64,000 nucleotides of DNA, taken from assembly GCF_009914755.1 (NCBI RefSeq), contig NC_060932.1; one strand, given 5' to 3'. Below, piece by piece: positions 13,101-24,667 of the stretch; the first letter of the stretch is position 1, and each line of letters opens with the position of its first letter. The DNA comes from the human T2T-CHM13v2.0 reference genome, Homo sapiens. The notes beneath the pieces were generated by a model that saw only the letters and a list, made by a program, of their open reading frames with translations, had not been told where the DNA came from and made no database searches. The translations under genes were made by a program, and so were the position numbers.

Positions 13101-16100
13101 CCCACCCACGCCAGCCTGCGGCCCTGCTTTTGTTTGTGGGGCCCTTCTGTGAGAGACACAGGCACCCTGCTTCAAAGCCTGGGGCTTTACAGCCCGCCAG
13201 GGACAGCCCTAGGGGCTTCTGAGATGAGAGAGGCCTCCTTGGGAGGCTCCCAGCATTTTCTGTGGTCTTGCCGCTTCTCCCTTCTGCCTCAACATCCCCC
13301 TGAGTACTTGCGACCTGCCCATGCCAACCTGCGGCCAAGTTTTCGCTTGTGGCTGCCTTCCATGAGAGACAGAGGCACGCTGCTCCAAGGCCTGAAGATT
13401 TAGAGCCAGCCTGGGACAGCCCTTGGGACTTCTTGCATGGGAGAGACCTTATTGATAGGCTCCCAGCATTCCCTGTGATCTCGCTTCTTCTCCTTTCTGC
13501 CTGCCTCAACGTCCCCCTGAGTATCTGCGGCCCACACATGACCCCACTGAGGCCCCGTGTTCACTTGTGGGGGCATTCCGTGAAAGACACAGGCACCCTG
13601 CTCCAAAGCCAGGGTCTTTACAGCCCACCCAGGACAGCCCTGGCTGTTCCTGGGATAGGAAAGTTGTCCTTGGGAGGCTCCCAGTATTCCCTGCCATCTG
13701 GCCGCTTTCCCTCTCTGCCTGCTGCAATGTCTCTCTGAGTCTCTGCCACCCGCCCACGGTACCCTGCGGCCTCGTTTTTGCTTGTGGGTGCCTTTTGTGA
13801 GAGACACAGGCAGCCTGCTCCAAAGTCTGGGGCTTTACAGCCTGCCCAGGACAGCCCTGAGGGCTTCTGGGATGGAAGAGGTATCCTTGGGAGGCTCCCA
13901 GCATTCTCTGCGATGTCGCTGTTTCTCCCCTATGCCTGCCTCAATGTCTCCCTGAGATTTTGCCACCTTCCCAGGCCACCCTGAAGCCCCGTTTTCTCTT
14001 GTGGAGGCCTTCTGTGAGAGACACAGACACACTGCTCCAAAGCCTGAAGCTTTACACCCTGCCCGGGACAGCCCTGGAAGCTCCTCAGATGGAAGAGTCC
14101 TCATTGGTAGGCTCCCAGCATTACATGCGGTCTCGTCACTTTTTCCCTCTGCCTGCCTAGACGTACCCGTGAGTCCCTGCGGCCCGACGGCGCCACCTGG
14201 CAGCCTGCTTTTCCCTTGTGGTGGCCTTCGGCACAAGATACAGGCACCCTGCTCCAAAGCCTGGGCCTTTACAGCCCGCATGCGACTGCCCTGGGGGCTT
14301 CTAGGATAAGAGAGGCCTACTTGGGAGGCTCGCAGCATTCCCTGCGGTCTCGCCACTTCCACACCCCTCTTGCCTCAACGTCCCTCTGAGTCCCTGCAGC
14401 CCGGTGATGCCATCCTTTGGGCCCGTTTCTGCTTGTGGGGGCTTTCACCGAGAGACCCAGGGACACTGCTCCAAATCCTGGGACTTTAAAGCCCACCCCG
14501 GACAGCCTTGGGGGATTCTCAAATGGGAGAGTCCTCCCTGATAGGCTCCCAGCATCCCCTGTGGTCTCGCCGGTTCTCCCTTCTGCCTGTCTCAAAGTCC
14601 CCATGTATCTCTGCACCCCCGATTTCTCTTGTGGGGACTTCCACGAGAGACACAGGCACTCTGCTCCAAAGCCTGGGCCTTTACAGTGTGCCTGTGACAG
14701 CCCTGGGGCTTCTGGTACTGGAGAGGCCTCACTAGGAGGCTCCCAGATTTTTCTGCGGTCTCACAGCTCCTCCCTTCTTCCTGACTCAACGTCCCGCTGA
14801 GTCCTTGCCACCCACCCACGACACCCTGGGGCCCCGTTTTCGCTTGTGGGTGCCTTCCACAAGAGACACAGGCACGCTGCTCCAAAGCCCAGGGTTTTAC
14901 AGCCCGCTAGGGACAGCCCTGGGGGCTTCTCAAATGGAAGAGGCCTCCTTGATAGGCTCCCAGCATTCCCTGCAGTCTCGTCACTTCTCCCCTCTGCCTG
15001 CCTCAATGTCCCCATGAGTCCCTGCAGCCCGCCCTCATCACCCTGTGGCCCCATTTTCACTTGTGGGGGTCTTCTGAGAGAGACACAGGCACCCTGCTCC
15101 AAATCCTGGGTCTTTACAGTTCTCCCGGGACAGCACTGGGGGCTTCTGGAATGGGAAAGGCCTCTTGGGAGGCCCCCATCATTCCCTGTGGTGTCGCTGC
15201 TTCTCCCCTCTGCCTGCCTGAAAGTTCCCCTAATCCATGCCGACCGCCCACGCCACCCTGCAGCCCCGTTATCGCTTGTGTGGGCCTTCGGCAAGAGACA
15301 CAGGCACCCTGCTCCAAAGTCTGGGGCTTCACAGCCTGTCTGGGAAAGCCCTGGGGGCTTCTCAAATGGGAGAGGCCTCATTGATAGGCTGCTAGTATTT
15401 CCTGCGATCTGGCTGCTTCTCCTCTCTACTACCCGGGACAGGCCTGGGGACCTTTAGATGGGAGAGGCCTCCTTGGGAGGCTCCCAGCATTCCATTCGGT
15501 TTCACCGCTTTTTCCTTTGCCTGCCTCAACTGCCCCCTAAGTCCCTCTGGCCCACACAGCCACCCTGCCGCCCACCCAGACAGGCTGTGATGCCGTGTTC
15601 CCTTGTGGGGGTCTTCTGTGAGAGACACTGGCACCCTGCTCCAAAGGAAGGGGCTCTATAGCCTGCCTGGAACAGCCCTAGGGGCTCCCAGGATGGGGGA
15701 GGCCTCCTTGGGAGGCTCCCAGCATTCCCTGCAGTCTAGCCGCTTTCCCTTTCTGCCTGCATCAACATCCCCCTGAGTTTCTGTGGGCCACCCACGTCAC
15801 CCTGCGGCTCGGTTTTCGCTTTTGAAGGCCTTCCTGGAGAGACACAGGAAAACTGCTCCAAAGCCTGGGGCTTCACAGCTGGTCCGGGCCATCCCTGGAG
15901 GTTTCTGTGATGGTAGAGGCCTCCTTGGGAAATGCCAGCATTTTCTGTGTTCTTGGCGTTTCTCCACTCTGCCTGCCTCAATGTCCCCCTGAGTCCCTTC
16001 TGCCCACTCACACCACCCTGTGGCCCTGTTATCTCTTGTGTGGGCCTTCCGTGAGAGACACAGGCACACTGCTCCAAAAGCTGGGGCTTTACAGCACTCC

Positions 16101-16440
16101 TGTGACAGCTCTGGGGGTTTCTGGAATGAAAGAGGCTTATTTGGGAGGCTCCCAGTATTCTCTTAGGTATTGCCGCTTCTCCCCTCTGCCTGAGTCAACG
16201 TCCCCCTGAGTCGTTGCAGCCCACCCACAAGACTCTGCGTGCCGTTTTCACTTGTGGGGGCCTTCCAAGAGAGACACAGGCACGCTGCTCCAAAGCTTGG
16301 GGCTTTACAGCCCGCCAGGGATAGCCATGGGGACTTCTCAAATGGGAGAGGCCACCTGATAGGCTCCCAGTATTCCCTGCGGTCTTGCCGCTTCTCCCTT
16401 CTGCCTGCCTCAACGTCCCCCTATGTTTCTGCCCACCCAG

Positions 16441-17267
16441 AAAGGTCTGTCGGTAGCCATGCTGCCGCCCGAGGAGGGGCCCTCCACAAAAGACAGGCAC
16501 CATGGTCAGTCGCCCAGGGTTCTAGCCTCAACCTGAGGGGCGGCCCAGGAGCTTCTGGGAAGGGAGAGGCTTCCCTGGGATGACCGAGCACCTGCTCATA
16601 TATCGCCACTTTTCTCCTCTGCCTGCCTCAACATCCCCTTGAGTTTCTACCTGCCTGCACAGGCCCGCCTGCAGCCTCGTTGTTGCCCGTTGGGGCCCCT
16701 CGTGAAAGACACAGACATTTTTGGCCTGTATTTGGGTCTGTAGTGCCGGGACGCCCCGGGGGTTTCCGGGAAGGGAGAGGCCTCCCTGTGGGGACCAAGC
16801 ACCCGCTCAGGCCTCTCTGCTTCCCCTCTGCCTGCCTCAACGTCCTTCTGAGTTTCTGCCAACGTGCACAGGTCCACCTGCGGCCCCAACTCCACCCTTG
16901 TGGGCCCTCTGTGAGAGACACAGTCACCTTGGGCCGAAGCTGGGGCTCTAGTTTCAATCTGGGGGCACCTTGGAGGCTTCTGGGAAGGGAGAGGCCTCCC
17001 TGGGATGACCCAGCACTCGCTCAGGCCTCACTGCTTCTCTCCTCTGCATTCCTCAACCTACCCTTGAGTTTCTGCCCGCCCACACAGGCCCTCCTGTGAC
17101 CCGGTCACGGCCTGTTGGTTCTGTGAGAGACACAGGCACCCTGGGCCAGAGTCTAAGTATTTAGCCCTAACCTAGGGAAGCCTCGGGAACTTCTGGGAAT
17201 GAAGAGGCCTCCCTGTGAGGACTCTGCACCCACTCAGGCCTGGCAGGTTCTACCCTCTGCCTGCCTC
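16441..17267 (-). repeat. Variant gamma satellite (GSAT/GSATX-like), ~4 units
   Basis: Same period and backbone (CTCTGCCTGCCTCAAC, GAGAGACACAG) but with distinct shared blocks: GGGAAGGGAGAGGCCTCCCTGGGATGACCCAGCAC, CGCTCAGGCCTC, GAGTTTCTGCC, CACAGGCCC. The AAAGCCTGGGGCTTTACAG block is absent. Confidence 0.7.
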
Positions 17268-17757
17268 TTTTGCGAAATGTCTTTTTCTATGAAATGTCCT
17301 TTTGCAGATTCTACAAAAATAGTGTTTCCAACTGGCTGAATCAAAAGAAATGTTTACCTTTATTAGCTGAATCCACACATCACAAGCAGTTTTACAGATA
17401 TCTTCTTTCTAGTTTTTATCACGTGATATTATGTTTTACATTATAGGCCTCAGTGGGCTCTGAAATGTCCTTTAGCAGATACTACAAAAAGAGTTTTTCC
17501 TACCTGCCAAATAAAAATAAAAGTTTAACTCTGTGAGGCGAATGCAGACATCACAAAGCAGTTTCACAGATAACTTCTTTCTAGCTTTCATAGCAGGATA
17601 ATTGGTTTTCCACTGTAGGCTCCAGTGGGCTCTGAGCTGACCCTTCACAAATTCTACAAATGGAGTGTTTCCAACCTACTGAATTAATATAAAGGTTTAA
17701 CTCTGTGAGCTGAATGCTCACATCAAAAAGCAGGTTCGCAGATAGATTATGTCTAGG

Positions 17758-18048
17758 TTTTTTTTTTTTTGACAGAGTCTCATGCTGTCACTCAGGCTAA
17801 AGTGCAGTGCCACGATCTCTGCTCACTGCAACCTCCACCTCCTGGGTTCAAGCAAACTCCTGCCTCAGTCTCCCAGATAGCTAGGACTACAGGCATGTGC
17901 CACCATGCCTGGCTAATTTTTTGTATTTTTAGTAGAGACAAGGTTTCACCATGTTAGCCATGATGGTCTCAATCACCTGACCTCTTGATCCACCCACCTG
18001 AGGCTCCCAAAGGGCTTGGATTACAGGCATGAGCAGCCACACCTTGCT
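17758..18048 (-). mobile_element. Full-length AluS (Sc/Sg-like)
   Basis: PolyT, then GACAGAGTCTC...GCTCACTGCAACCTCC...TTTTTGTATTTTTAGTAGAGAC...TTAGCCATGATGGTCTC...GATTACAGGCATGAGC. Degenerate TSD GATTATGTCTAG (17745-17756) / GATTCTTTCTAG (18049-18060). CpGs are decayed. Confidence 0.95.
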
Positions 18049-21000
18049 GATTCTTTCTAGTTTCTGTCATGGGATATTAGGCTTTTCACTATATGCATCA
18101 GTAGGCTCTGAAATGTCTCTTCACAGATTCTACAAAAAGATGTTTCCAAGTCGTGTAATGAAAAGCAAGGTTGAACTCTGTAAGCTGAATGCACATGTCA
18201 CAAAGCTGTTTCATAGATAGATTTTTGGAATTTTTATTGCGGGATATTTGGTTTTTCATTATAGGCCTCAGTGGGCTGGAAAATGTCCCTGCACAATTGT
18301 ACAAAAAATATGTTTCCTACATGCTGAATCAAAAGAAACTTCTAACTTTAGGAGCTGAATCCACCCATCACAAAGCAGTTTCACAGATAGCTTTTTGATA
18401 GTTTTTATCATGGGATATTCAGTTTTTCACTACAGGCCTCAGTGAGCTCTGAAATGTCCCTTTGCATACTCTACAAAAAGTGTGTTTCCGACCTGCTGAA
18501 TCAAAAGAGAGGTATAACACTGAGCTGAATCCACACATCACAAAGCAGTTTCACACAGTTTCTTCCTAGATTTATTGTGAGATATTCAGTTTTTTGCTGT
18601 AGGCCTCCATGGGCTACAAAATGTCCCTTTGCAGATTCTACACAAAGAGTGTTTCCAACTTGTTTAACCAAAAGAAAAGTTTATCTCTGTGAAATGAATG
18701 CACATATAACAAAGCAGTTTCACAGATAACTTATTTCCAGTTTTTATCACAGGATATTTGGTTTCTCACTATAGGCCCCAGTGGCCTTTGAAATGTCCTT
18801 TCACAACTTCTACAGAAGTAAAGTTTCCAATGTGCTGAATCAAAAGAATAGTTTAACTCTACAAACTGAATGCACACATCACAAAACGGTTTACAGATTG
18901 CTTCTTTTTATTTTTTATCATGGAATATTCAATTTTTCCCTATAGGAATCAATGGGCTCCAAAATGTCCCTTTGCTGCTTCTACAAAGATTGTGTTTCCA
19001 ACCTGCTGAATCAAAAGAAATGATTAACTTTGTGAGCTGAATCTACACATTGCAAAGAAGTGTCACACATAGCCTCTTGTAGTTTTTATGACAGGATATT
19101 CGATATTTTATTATAGGCCTCAGTGGGTTCGAAATATCCTTTCGCAGATTCTACAAAAAGAGTATTTCCAACTTGCTGAATCAAAAGAAAGATTTAAATT
19201 CGTGAATGCACACATCATAAAATTTTTACAGATAGATTCTTTTGACTTTTTTTCATGGAATACTTGGTTTTTCACTATAGGCCTCAGTAGGCCTCAAAAT
19301 GTCCCTTTGCTGATACTACAAAAAAGTGTTTCCAACCTTCTGAATCAAAAGAAAGGTTTGACTGTGTGAGTTGAACCCACACATCGAAAGGAGTTTCATA
19401 GATAGCTACTTTCTAGTTTTTATCATGGGATATTCAGTTTTTCACTATAGAACTCAGAAGGCTCTGAAATCTCTTTTCAGATTTCTACAAGAAAGCATTT
19501 ACAACCTGCTGAATCAAAAGAAAGGTTTATGAACTGAATGCACACATCAGAAAACAGTTTCACAGACACGTTCTTTCTAGTATTTACCGTGAAATATTCA
19601 GATCTTCACTATTGGCCTCAATGCCATCTGAAATGTCCCTTCACATATTCTACAAAAAGAGTATTTCCAAACTGCTGAATCAAAAGAAAGGTTTAACCCT
19701 GTGAACTGAATGCAAACATCATGAAGCTGTGTCATAGCTCCTTTCTAGTTGTTATTGCGAGATTTTTGGTTTTTCTCTACAAGCCTCAGTTTGCTCTGAA
19801 ATGTCCCTTCACAGATTTTTTTAAAAAGAGTGTTTCCAACTGTTGAATCAAAAAAAAAAAGGTTTAACACTGCAAGAAGAATTCACACATCACAAAGCAG
19901 TTTCACAGATAGGTTTTTGTAATTTTTTTATCACAGGATATTCAGTTTTTCAGTAAAGGCCACTGTGGGCTCTGAAATGTCCCTTTGGATATTCTATAAA
20001 AGGAGTGTTTCCAACCTGCCAAACCAAAAGAAAGGTTTAACTCTGTAAACTGAATCCACACATCACAAAGCAGTTTCACAGATAGATTCCATATAGTTTT
20101 TATCATGGGATATTCAGTTTTTCACTATAGGCCTCTATGCCCTCTGAAATGTCCCTTTATAGATTCTACAAAATGAGGGTTTCCAACCTGCTGAATCAAA
20201 AGAAATGTTTAACTCTCTAGGTTGAATCCACACCTCACAAAGCAGTTTCACAGATACCTTCTTTCTAGTTTTTATTGCATCATATTCGGTTTTTCACTAT
20301 AAGCCTCAGTGGGTTACAAAATATTTCTTTGCATATTCTAAAAACGAGTGTTTTCAACCTATTGAATCAAAAAAATGGTTTAACTCTGTGAACTGAATGC
20401 AAGCGTCACACATCAGTTTCATAGATAGCTTCATTCTAGTTTTATCGCAGGATTTTCAGTTTTTCACTATAGGACTCAGCTTGCTCCAAAATGTACCTTT
20501 GTAGAATCTACTAAAGGAGTGGTCCAAATTGCTGAATCAAAAGAAAGGTTTAACTCTTTCAGCTGAATCCACACATCACAAAGCAGTTTTACAGATAGCT
20601 TCTATCTAGTTTGTAGCGCAAGATATTCAGTTTTTCACTGTAGGCCACAGTGGGCTCTGAAATGTCCCTTTGCAGATTCTACAAAAAAAGTGTCTACAAC
20701 CTGCTGAATCAAAAGAAAGGTTTAACCCTGTGAACTGAATGTAAATACCACAAAGCAGTTTCACAGATAGCTTCCTTCCAGTTTTTATCATGGGATTTTT
20801 GGTTTTTCAATGTAAGCCACAGTTTCCTCTGAAATGTCCCTTTGCATATTCTACAAAAAGATTGATTACAACCTGCTGAATTAAAAGAAAGATTTAACTC
20901 TGTGAGTTGAATCCACACTTCACAAAGCAATTTCACAGATAGCTTCTTTGTAGTTCTTATTACGCAATATTCTGTTTTTCACTATAGGCCTAGTTGGGCT

Positions 21001-23650
21001 CCCAAATGTCCCTGGCAGATTCAACAACAAAAGAGTTTCCAACCTGCTGATTCAAAAAAAGGTTTAACTCTGTGAGCTGAATGCACACGTCACACAGCAC
21101 TTTCACAGATAATATCTTTGTATTTTTATTGCAGGTTAATTGATTTTTCACTATAGGCCTCATTGGGCTTTGAAATGTCCCCTCACAGATGGTACAAAAA
21201 AAGTGTTTCCAATCTGCTGAATCAAAAGAAAAGTTTACCTCTGTGAACTGAATGGAAACATAACAAAGCAGTTTCACAGATAGCTTTTTTTTAGTTATTA
21301 TTGCAAGATATTCAGTTTTGCACTCTAGGCCTCAGTGGGCTCTGAAATGTCCCTTTGCAGATTCTAAACAAGATTGATTCCACCTGCTGAATCAAGGGAA
21401 AGGTTAAATCTGTGAGCTGAATCCAAACAGCACAGAGAAGTTTCACTGATAGCTTCTTTCTAATTTCATCACAGGATGTTTGGTTTTCAGTATGGGTTTC
21501 AGTGAGCTTTGAAATGTCTTTTTGCCAATTCTACAAAATCAGTGTTTCCAATCTTCTGAATAAAAAACAAAAAGACTTAACTCTGTGAGCTGAATCCACA
21601 CATCACAAAGTAGTTTCACAGATAGATTTTTGCAGTTTTTTTCACGGGATATTTGGTTTTTTACTAGAGGCCCCGGTGGGCTCCAAATCGTTTCTTTGCA
21701 GGTTCTACAAAAAAAGGGTTTCAAACCTCCTGAATCAAAAGATAGGTTTAACTCTTTGAACTGAATCCAGACATCACAAAATAGTTTCACAGATACCTTC
21801 TTTCTAGTTTATATCACAGTATACTCGGTTTTTCACTAAAGGCCTCAGTGGGCTCTGAAATGACTTTTTGCTGATTCTACAAAAGTGTGTTTTCAACCTG
21901 CTTAATCAAAAAGAAGGTTGACTTTGTGAGCTGAGTCCACACATTACAAAACAGTTTCACAGATAGCTTCTTTCTAGTTATTATCTTGGGATACTCAGTT
22001 TTTCTCCACAGCCCTCACTTGGCTCCAAAATGTCCCTTTGCAGATTCTGCAAAGAAAGTGTTTCCAACCTCCTGCATCAAAAGTATTGTTTTACTGTGTG
22101 ACGTGAATGCAAACACCACAAAGCAGTTGCATAGATAGCTTCTTTATAGATTTTATCACAAGATATTCAGTTTTTCACAGTAGGTCTCAGTGGGCACTGA
22201 AATTTCCCTTCACCAATTCTACAAAAAAAAAGTGTTTCCTACTTGCTGAATAAAAAGAATGGTTTAACTCTGTGAACTGAATGGAAAAATCACAAAATAG
22301 TTTAACAGTTAATTTCTTTCTATTTTTTTATCAGGTGATTTTCAGGTTTTCACTACAGGCCTCTGTTTGCTCCATAACATCACTTCACAGATTCTACAAA
22401 AAAAGTGTTTCCAACATGCTGAATCAAAAGAAAGGTTTAATTCTGTGAGCTGACCCACACATCACAAAGCAGTTTTACAGATAACTTCTATCTAGTTTTT
22501 ATCACAGGATATTCGGTTTTTAACTATAGGCCTCAGTTTCCTCCAAAATAGTCCTTCACAGATTCTAAAAGATGAGGGTTTACAACCTGCTAAATCTAAA
22601 CAAAGATTTAACCCTGTGAGTTGAGTCTACATTGCACAAAGTAGTTTCACAGATAGTTTCTTTCTAGTGTTTATTGCAGGATGTTCTGTTTTTTGCTACA
22701 GGCCTCTGTGTGCTCTGAAATGTCCCTTCACAAATTCTACAAAATATGTGTTTCCAACCTGCTGAATCAAAAGAAAGGTTTAAATCTGTGAGCTGAGAGC
22801 ACACATCACAAAGCAGTTTTACAGATAGATTCTTGTTTTTATCATGGGTAATCTTTTTTTACTCTAGGTCTCAGTGGATTTTCACAATGTCTTTTTGCAT
22901 ATTCTACATAAAGTGTGTTTCCAACAAGGAAAATCAAAGGAAAGGTTTAACCCTGTGAGCTGAATCCACACATCACAAGACAGTTTCACAGACATCTTCT
23001 TTTTAGTTTACATCGTGGGATATTTGATTTTTCAATATACCCTTCAGTGGGCTTTGAAATGTCTCCTCGCAGACTCTACAAAAAAAGTGTTATCAAAAAG
23101 CGAAATCAAAAGAAAGTTTTAATTATGTGAGCTGAATCCAGATATCATAAAGCAATTTAAAAGATAGCTTTTTTCTAGATTTATTGTGGCATATTCGATT
23201 TTTCATATAGGCTTGAGTGGGCTGCGAAATTTCCCTTTGTAGATTCTACAAAAAGAAATTTTTAACTTGCTGAATCAAAACAAAGGTTAAATCTGTGAAC
23301 TGAATGCACACATCACAAAGCAGTTTCTCAGACAGCTTCTTTCTAGTTTTTATTGTGGGATATTTGGTTATTCAGTATAGGCCTCTGTGGGCTTTGAAAT
23401 GTAACTTCACAGATTTTAAATCAAGAATGTTTCCATCTGCTGAATGAAAATAAAGTTTTAACTCTTTGCGCTGAATCTACACATCACAAAGCATTTCACA
23501 GAGAGCTTCCTTCTAGTTTTGATCGTATGATAGCCTTTTTTTCCCTATAGACCTTAATGGGCTCCAAAATGTTCCTAAGCAGATTCTACAAAAAGAGTGT
23601 TTCCAACCTGTGAAATTGAAAGAAAAGTTTAACTCTGTGAGCTACATCCA

Positions 23651-24667
23651 TGAAGGGGTGGACTGCCCCTCCACACCTGTGGGATATCTCATCAGGTGGG
23701 ATAAGAGACTGAGAAAAGAAATAAGACACAGAGACAAAGTATAGAGAAATAACAGTGGGCCCAGGAGACCAGCACTCAGCATACCAAGGACCTACACCAG
23801 CACCAGTCTCTGAGTTCCCTCAGTTTTTATTGATTATTATTTTCATTATCTCAGCAAGAGGAACGTGGTAGGAGAGCAGGGTGATAATAGGGAGAAGGTC
23901 AGCAAAAAAACATGTGAGCAAAAGAATCTATATCATAATTAAGTTCAAGGGAGGTACTATGCCTGGATGTGCACATAGGCCAGATTAATATTTTTCTCTA
24001 CCCAAACATCTCAGTGGAGTAAAGAAAAACAAGGCAGCATTGCTGACAACATGTCTTGCCTCCTGCCATAGGGTGGTTTTTCTCTTATCTCAGAATACAT
24101 CAAATGTACAATTTGGTTTTATACCAAGATATTCAGTTCTCAGGGGCAGGCAGGAGACAGTGGCCTTCCTCTATCTCAACTGCAAGAGGCTTTCCTCTTT
24201 TACTAATCCACCTCAGCACAGACCCTTTATGGGTATCAGGCTGGGGGATGGTCAGGTCTTTCTCATCACACGAGGCCATATTTCAGACTATCACATGGGA
24301 AGAACCTTAGACAATACCCAGCTTTCTAAGGCAGAGGTCCCTGCGGCTTTTCACAGTGCATTGTGCCTCTGGTTTACTGAGACTAGAGAACGGTGATGAC
24401 TTTTACCAAACATACTGCTTGTAAACATTTTGTTAACAAGGCATGTCCTGCACAGCCCTAGATCCCTTAAACCTTGATTCCATACAACACATGTTTTTAT
24501 GAGCTCAAAGTTGGGGCAAAGTGGCTGGGACAAAGTGGCTGAGGAAAAGTTACAAATTAACAGCATCTCAGCAAAGCAATTATTCAAGGTACAGGTCAAA
24601 ATGGAATTTCTTATGTCTTCCCTTTCTACATAGATACAGTAACAGTCTGATCTTTCTTTTCCCTACA
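23651..24667 (-). mobile_element. Solo LTR of HERV-K(HML-2), LTR5A/LTR5B type, 1017 bp
   Basis: Collinear with 8062-9074; termini TGAAGGGGTGG...CCCTACA on the plus strand. Perfect 6-bp TSD CATCCA at 23645-23650 and 24668-24673. Confidence 0.97.

Larger units (their letters stand above)
2581..16440 (-). repeat. Gamma satellite (GSATII-like), ~217-bp units, orientation B (inverted relative to 147-2580)
   Basis: The reverse-complement motif GAGAGACACAGGCACCCTGCTCCAAAGCCTGGGGCTTTACAG recurs about every 217 bp. Interrupted by an LTR (8062-9074) and an Alu fragment (10048-10140). Confidence 0.88.

Noticed and set aside
147-17267. Dense overlapping ORFs (up to 311 aa) with recurring peptides such as APKPGALQP, CSKAWGF and LLQSLGLY
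   Set aside because: These are translations of a GC-rich, stop-poor ~217-bp tandem repeat. The same peptides rotate through all frames on both strands, with no gene structure.
8062-24667. The two complete LTR5s as the ends of one provirus or composite transposon
   Set aside because: Each has its own flanking duplication and the sequence between them is satellite. They are independent solo LTRs.
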